From Asterias rubens (Eukaryota), in the NCBI RefSeq assembly GCF_902459465.1, contig NC_047072.1, forward strand, positions 15,872,001 to 15,936,000: 64,000 nt of DNA, read 5' to 3'. This document shows, one piece after another, positions 60,401 through 64,000 of this stretch. The position numbers and the translations under genes are program-made. The notes under the pieces are model-generated. The model had not been told where the DNA came from. It made no database searches and worked only from the letters and a program-made list of their open reading frames with translations. Every line of letters begins with the position of its first letter. Within the stretch, counting starts at the first letter, position 1.

Positions 60401-62178
60401 TACAGGTTGAATCGTTTCTGAATGGCACACCCCAATAAAGATATTGACTAAAAGGAAGATCACCATATAAGGCTGGATAGCTCAGTTGGTAGAGCCCCGG
60501 CACGTTAAACTGCAGGTTTGTAGAGTTACTTTTAAATAGTGTTACTCCCAAATCTCATCATTCAAAGCAAATTTGTCCATAGAATGGTATGATCCATTGC
60601 TATTAGGGCATTTACAGGTTGAATCGTTTCTGAATGGCACACCCCAATAAAGATATTGACTAAAAGGAAGATCACCATATAAGGCTGGATAGCTCAGTTG
60701 GTAGAGCCCCGGCACGTTAAACTGCAGGTTGTTGGTTCAAATCCCCTCTAGTCACTTTTTTTTTCTATCTCAAACTACCAATATGCTTGATTGTTACTTA
60801 TTTTTGTTCCCTGGTCTATATACCTTCACTTGATTGAAATGTTGTTTATTATTTGTATTTCTAGCTGGACTACCATCAGCCATACCACCACCAGAGATTG
60901 ACGAGTCTTCTAAAACATTATTTGATGTGATTTGGGATGCCCCACTTGCTAATGGTCCAGGAGATTTGACGTACATACTCCAAGCAAAGTGGGTACATGT
61001 ACAGTAGCAAATTCACACCATAATTGTCACCTTTATACTGAAGACAGACTGAGCATACAGATCAAAACATTGGGTTTTGACATCACTTATTCGACTCAAA
61101 CCTACAGAACACAACATTATAACATGTGTAACTACAGATGTTGGTGTATGCTTATCACATTCAATTACTTTTTTTATAGTTGAGATTAAGAATTGACCAT
61201 AGTTTTTGCCTCATGAGTGCAGTGTGCTTCAAACAGTAAATTTCCTTGCATGCAATTTAAGTTTTGTCTTATTATGACGCATGTGTCTTGTATCATTGAC
61301 CAAATAAATATAAATCATGTTTTTCCTGTGTAGACCAGATCAAGGCATATGGAAGACAGTGTACAAAGGCCCAACTCGTCTTTGGAGAGCTGTTAATCTA
61401 ACTAGTCAAGAGGCGTATGTTTTCCGTGTTGCTGCAGAATCATTTGAGGGTATTGGTCCATACAGTGCGACAAGTCAATCTCAAGTGTTTATTATACCAG
61501 GTCAGTAATAATAATAATAATACAAGGTATTTATAAAGCGCTCTAACTAACAGGGGAAAGTACCACAGCGCTGTACACACAAAATAACAAAGAGCAAAGA
61601 ATAAACAAAAGGCAAACAAATCAGTTGAACGAGTGGGTTTTGAGAGATTTCTTGAAGACTGCTAGTGAGCTGGAGTGGCGGATGCTGTAAGGTAAATTAT
61701 TCCTGAGTTTGGGGGCAGCAGCGTGGAAGCTTTTTCCCCCAGTAGTGGTGCGTGTTCTTACTCTAATCACTTAAAGAACAATACCAATGCAGCTTGGTTT
61801 GGTGTTCTGTGCTCTTGGACCATTACTGGTCCATACAGTGCAACAAGTCAATCTCAAGTGTTTATTATACCAGATCAGTACTCACTCTACTCACTTACAG
61901 AACAGTCAAAAACATTACAAGGCAGGATAAAAAGATATGAGCAGAAATAGCAATTAGGTTTACAAAACACAACATTTAAAGAAGGAGCAAAAATATAGTA
62001 AAACATCTTGAATGGTCGGTGTGTTCCGGTTTGAGGTTTTATTGTGTGCAATTAAATTGTTACTGAGCATAGTTACTTGTTGTAATTGCAGAGGAATCTA
62101 CAGATCCAATGCTGTTCATTATAGTAGGTGCCGTGGTGGTCCTCTTAGTTCTACTTGCTATCATTATCGTCACAGTCA
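18315..62178 (+). CDS. ROS1: ROS1/Sevenless-type receptor tyrosine kinase: ectodomain plus transmembrane helix (33 exons, ~1,900 aa); kinase domain not in window
   Basis: Phase-consistent exons: 18315-18440, 28189-28245, 31042-31101, 32464-32524, 32758-32924, 33099-33237, 33671-33952, 35153-35317, 38311-38507, 38908-39005, 40661-41232, 41547-41756, 42282-42386, 42867-43042, 43759-43997, 46467-46523, 47052-47212, 48239-48420, 49699-49819, 51351-51592, 53231-53294, 53655-53866, 54215-54405, 54598-54890, 55500-55673, 55997-56184, 56961-57099, 57881-58128, 59351-59548 (alternative in-frame donor 59536), 60099-60303, 60865-60988, 61334-61500, 62092-62178. Architecture: signal peptide, Cys-rich N-terminus, FN3 domains alternating with YWTD-type propellers (TVDWLF, LYWSE, AVDWFT, MYWTT, LYWTE, VYWTN), then a TM helix. 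This order and length match the ROS1/Sevenless family. Confidence 0.93.
18880..19088. mobile_element. Palindromic MITE
   Basis: Inverted arms of ~75 bp (CATCACTTTGCAA..GGACTAAACCATTCTGTGAAAGGGGTGTTACAA and its reverse complement). Confidence 0.7.
20960..21336. mobile_element. Family B copy with a degenerate left end, followed by a related partial copy (~21349-21680)
   Basis: Right end TAGTGTCCACTGCCT-TTAA; the body matches 6863-7242 and 28324-28700 (GATTTCGAGACCTCAA core). Confidence 0.7.
23937..24432. mobile_element. Kolobok-like non-autonomous element, family C
   Basis: TTAA-AGGGATGCTGCAGTG ... CACTGCAGCCACCCT-TTAA (13/15 TIR match). Confidence 0.65.
27495..27776. repeat. 12-bp (GGCTGCTGCTAT)n repeat in ROS1 intron 1
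   Basis: Directly visible; it produces poly-Ala and LLW ORFs on both strands. Confidence 0.92.
28324..28700. mobile_element. Family B copy in ROS1 intron 2
   Basis: TTAA-AGGCAGTGGACACTATTGGTAATT ... AATTACCAATAGTGTCCACTGCCT-TTAA, with long perfect TIRs. Confidence 0.8.
28752..30945. repeat. 105-bp satellite x~21 in ROS1 intron 2
   Basis: CTACCCTAGC at 28991, 29096, 29201...; unit GACCAAGGGGAGACCCAGACCCACTACCCTAGCTC...GGAGGTTCAGGGGGCTTAGTCCTCTT. Confidence 0.95.
34270..35100. repeat. 61-bp minisatellite x~14 in ROS1 intron 7
   Basis: Unit TTTAGAATCAGTGAGCTTTCAGATGGAAATATTTCTCTGGAGGATTGGTCCTGGTATGAAC. Confidence 0.93.
35545..35670. mobile_element. Short MITE-like element; a related copy lies at ~4930-5120
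   Basis: GATCCACTAAGCTCCGCCCA ... TGGGCGGAGTCTACTGGATC inverted ends. TTGACCAATCACA and GGTGGGCGGAG are shared with 4930-5120. Confidence 0.55.
36295..38226. repeat. 69-bp minisatellite x~28 in ROS1 intron 8, with open frames on both strands
   Basis: Unit ATGAGTACTACTGTATGGAGGGAGGAGTCTCTGTACAGCTTTAGATATTTCAGAACGTTGGATGATTTA; 23-aa periodicity in the ORF track. Confidence 0.95.
39734..40559 (-). mobile_element. Kolobok-like element (family D) carrying a degenerate THAP zinc-finger remnant
   Basis: TTAA-AGTCACCTGGAA ... TTCCAGGTGCCT-TTAA. The minus strand from 40284 reads MSTRCIAAGCSK, frameshift, TKDGVSL...CAANTSFEPSCFE, resembling the THAP C-x-x-x-x-C ... C-x-x-HF signature. A CpG-rich segment with TGACGTCA lies at ~39896. 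Confidence 0.72.
41378..41556. repeat. 46-bp tandem repeat x4 containing the acceptor of ROS1 exon 12
   Basis: Acceptor AG ends at 41408, 41454, 41500 and 41546. Confidence 0.9.
42140..42305. repeat. 57-bp tandem repeat x~3 (plus a 19-bp duplication) containing the acceptor of ROS1 exon 13
   Basis: TTAG|TTGATGT(G/T)GATCCTTT with AG ending at 42148, 42167, 42224 and 42281. Confidence 0.88.
43370..43740. repeat. 19-bp repeat x8 (GTAAACCCTGCAGTGAACT, 43462-43614) inside a ~110-bp duplication
   Basis: Directly visible; the flanking segment GCCTTGATAGCCCCC..TCTGAAATAAC.AGAATATCTGACTCAAA occurs twice. Confidence 0.85.
44130..45090. repeat. Purine-rich ~135-bp tandem repeat x~7 with internal (GA)n
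   Basis: GGCACAAGAGGTTGGAAT/AAT recurs every 128-140 bp; the plus strand is strongly A/G-biased. Confidence 0.9.
47648..47968. mobile_element. Palindromic MITE with an internal tandem duplication
   Basis: AAGCCAATTCGGAATTGCAGCTGCGCATG ... CATGCGCAGCTGCAATTCCGAATAGGCTT, arms ~65 bp. Confidence 0.7.
48468..49560. repeat. G-rich 113-bp minisatellite x~9.5 with telomere-like hexamers
   Basis: GGGTCAGGGTT at 48581, 48694, 48807...; the unit contains GGGGTGGTGGGGCCGGGTTAGGGTCAGGGTTA. Confidence 0.93.
49726..50820. repeat. 111-bp tandem repeat x10 made of the 3' part of ROS1 exon 19 plus its donor
   Basis: TCAG|GTAAT junctions at 49819, 49930, 50041, 50152, 50263, 50374, 50483, 50592, 50703 and 50814. 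Confidence 0.95.
51460..52770. repeat. 165-167-bp tandem repeat x8 made of the 3' part of ROS1 exon 20 plus its donor
   Basis: CAG|GTAAGT junctions at 51592, 51759, 51924, 52089, 52256, 52423, 52590 and 52757. Confidence 0.95.
56575..56887 (-). mobile_element. tRNA-derived SINE on the minus strand, same head but different body
   Basis: The reverse complement begins GTGTCAAGGCCGAGCGGTTAAGAGCACCGGATTCAAGCTC...GGGTTCGGATCCCGG; the A-rich tail lies near 56575. Confidence 0.7.
57160..57300 (+). mobile_element. Degenerate 5' part of the same SINE family
   Basis: GAGTGGTCAAGCAC..GATTCAAGCTCTGGTGTT..GTGTGGGTTCGAG..GTGTCCTTAAGC..GTCCTTCGGA. Confidence 0.6.
58870..59205. repeat. 46-bp minisatellite x~7 abutting the 59197 MITE
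   Basis: Unit TAAGTGGCAGCTTATTATTTGTCCGTATTTATAACAATAAATATAC. Confidence 0.88.
59197..59294. mobile_element. ~100-bp MITE
   Basis: Perfect 23-bp TIR TGGCAGCAGACTTACCAGGTAAA / TTTACCTGGTAAGTCTGCTGCCA. Confidence 0.7.
60295..60730. repeat. 212-bp tandem duplication starting at the donor of ROS1 exon 30
   Basis: AAACTGCAG|GTT with AG ending at 60303, 60515 and 60727. Confidence 0.9.
60683..60752 (+). mobile_element. tRNA-like SINE head or pseudo-tRNA; its 5' half is duplicated at 60471-60515
   Basis: GGCTGGATAGCTCAGTTGGTAGAGC (D-arm/A box) and GGTTCAAATCC (T-arm/B box). The anticodon and acceptor stems pair poorly, so it is not called a functional tRNA. Confidence 0.6.
61508..61826 (-). mobile_element. 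3' fragment of an L2/CR1-group LINE
   Basis: The minus strand encodes GKSFHAAAPKLRNNLPYSIRHSSSLAVFKKSLKTHSFN*, a typical ORF2 C-terminus, followed by a 3' UTR and an (ATT)n tail. It is flanked by a 54-bp duplication. Confidence 0.72.
62092..62178 (+). CDS. ROS1: ROS1 transmembrane exon (EESTDPMLFIIVGAVVVLLVLLAIIIVTV)
   Basis: TTGCAG acceptor, GTAAGT donor, 23-residue hydrophobic stretch, phase 1 at both ends. Confidence 0.9.
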
Positions 62179-62292
62179 GTAAGTACAACATCTCTATTTA
62201 TGTAGGATTTGAAACTTTGCATGGTGGAAATATGATATACAAAGGTTTGCGGTTAACACCATGTAATGACTTTCTCTAATGAGATCCAGGCA

Positions 62293-62400
62293 TGGCACCC
62301 AAGGCGCATCAGAGAGGCCATCGAGGTTCATAAACATGACACCGTACCCCAAGACATCGGCTTCCACATCAGTGACATCTGGCTCCCCCTCCTCCCGACC
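62293..62400 (+). mobile_element. Penelope-like element remnant (GIY-YIG C-terminal tail)
   Basis: The plus strand reads WHPRRIREAIEVHKHDTVPQDIGFHISDIWLPLL, resembling the R.IKEAIEI....N.D.G..LS..W.PL motif at the end of Penelope ORFs. Family recognised from memory, not from a search. Confidence 0.6.
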
Positions 62401-62439
62401 AATGGATCTTCTATATCCACGGTCACTCCCTAGGCCCAC

Positions 62440-64000
62440 ACCCCTCAACTTAGTATTAGCCCCCCCCCCCCACTACTTAGGCTGCTTTGGGTCATCTATA
62501 CCCTCAGTCACCTAGGCCCCCACTCCATTATTTATTTAGACTGCTTTGGGTCTTCCACATCAATGACATCTGGCTCCCCCTCCTCCCGACCAATGGATCT
62601 TCTATATCCACGGTCACTCCCTAGGCCCAAACCCCTCAACTTAGTAATAGCCCCCCACTACTTAGACTGCTTTGGGTCATCTATACCCTCAGTCACCTAG
62701 GCCCCCCCCCCCCACTACTTAGACTGCTTTGAGTCATCTATACCCTCAGTCACCTAGGCCCCCCCCCCACTACTTAGGCTGCTTTGGGTCATCTATACCC
62801 TCAGTCACCTAGGCCCCCCCCCCCCACTACTTAGGCTGCTTTGGGTCATCTATACCCTCAGTCACCTAGGCCCCCCCCCCCCACTGCTTAGACTGCTTTG
62901 GGTCATCTATACCCTCAGTCACCTAGGCCCCCCCCCCCCACTACTTAGACTGCTTTGGGTCATCTATACCCTCAGTCACCTAGGCCCCCCCCACTACTTA
63001 GACTGCTTTGGGTCATCTATACCCTCAGTCACCTAGGCCCCCCCCCCACTACTTAGACTGCTTTGGTTCATCTATACCCTCAGTCACCTAGGCCCCCCCC
63101 CCCCCACTACTTAGACTGCTTTGGGTCATCTATACCCTCAGTCACCTAGGCCCCCCCCCCCCCACTACTTAGACTGCTTTGGGTCATCTATACCCTCAGT
63201 CACCTAGGCCCCCCCCCCACTACTTAGGCTGCTTTGGGTCATCTATACCCTCAGTCACCTAGGCCCCCCCCCACTACTTAGACTGCTTTGGGTCATCTAT
63301 ACCCTCAGTCACCTAGCCCCCCCCCCCCCCCCACTACTTAGGCTGCTTTGGGTCATCTACATGTATACCCTCACTCACCTAGGCCCCCCCCCCCACTACT
63401 TAGGCTGCTTTGGGTCATCTATACCCTCAGTCACCTAGGCCCCCACTCCATTATTTATTTAGACTGCTTTGGGTCTTCTTTACCCTCAGTCACCTAGGCC
63501 CTCACTCCATTATTTATTTAGACTGCTTTGGGTCATCTATACCCTCAGTCACCTAGGCCCCCACTCCATTATTTATTTAGACTACTTTGGGTCATCTATA
63601 CCCTCAGTCACCTAGGCCCCCACTCCATTATTTATTTAGACTGCTTTGGGTCATCTATACCCTCAGTCACCTAGGCCCCCACTCCATTATTTATTTAGAC
63701 TGCTTTGGGTCATCTATACCCTCAGTCACCTAGGCCCCCACTCCATTATTTATTTAGACTACTTTGGGTCATCTATACCCTCAGTCACCTAGGCCCCCAC
63801 TCCATTATTTATTTAGACTGCTTTGGGTCATCTATACCCTCAGTCACCTAGGCCCCCACTCCATTATTTATTTAGACTACTTTGGGTCATCTATACCCTC
63901 AGTCACCTAGGCCCCCACTCCATTATTTATTTAGACTGCTTTGGGTCATCTATACCCTCAGTCACCTAGGCCCCCACTCCATTATTTATTTAGACTGCTT
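62440..64000. repeat. C-rich ~55-60-bp satellite running off the window end, with two unit variants
   Basis: Unit GGC(C)nACTACTTAGACTGCTTTGGGTCATCTATACCCTCAGTCACCTA up to ~63435, then GGCCCCCACTCCATTATTTATTTAGACTGCTTTGGG... to the end. Confidence 0.93.

Noticed and set aside
60683-60752. Functional tRNA gene (also the heads at 4010 and 56887)
   Set aside because: A and B boxes are present but the cloverleaf stems do not pair; they are better explained as SINE heads.

Overview
This is AT-rich animal genomic DNA with GT-AG introns. It is not prokaryotic: I see no operons, CRISPR arrays or rRNA. The repeat landscape suggests an invertebrate deuterostome such as a sea star, which is inference only. 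Four spliced genes were reconstructed by hand with consistent intron phases: NT5DC1-like (minus, 770-6058), a PEBP/RKIP-family gene (plus, 7327-9196), YRDC/Sua5 (minus, 11357-17937) and a ROS1/Sevenless-type receptor tyrosine kinase (plus, from 18315). For ROS1, 33 exons (about 1,900 aa) run from signal peptide to transmembrane helix; the kinase domain lies beyond the window. YRDC and ROS1 are head-to-head, with 377 nt between start codons. Introns hold TTAA-flanked Kolobok-like elements, tRNA-derived SINEs, MITEs, a 2.1-kb foldback, LINE and Penelope remnants, and many minisatellites. The most striking pattern is that at least nine exon/intron junctions in three genes have themselves been tandemly amplified, giving arrays of 2-17 splice-site copies. 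Most extra copies lead straight to a stop codon; one set is in frame. The NT5DC1 copy also appears to lack about half of its coding exons. Nearly all long ORFs in the supplied track are repeat artefacts.
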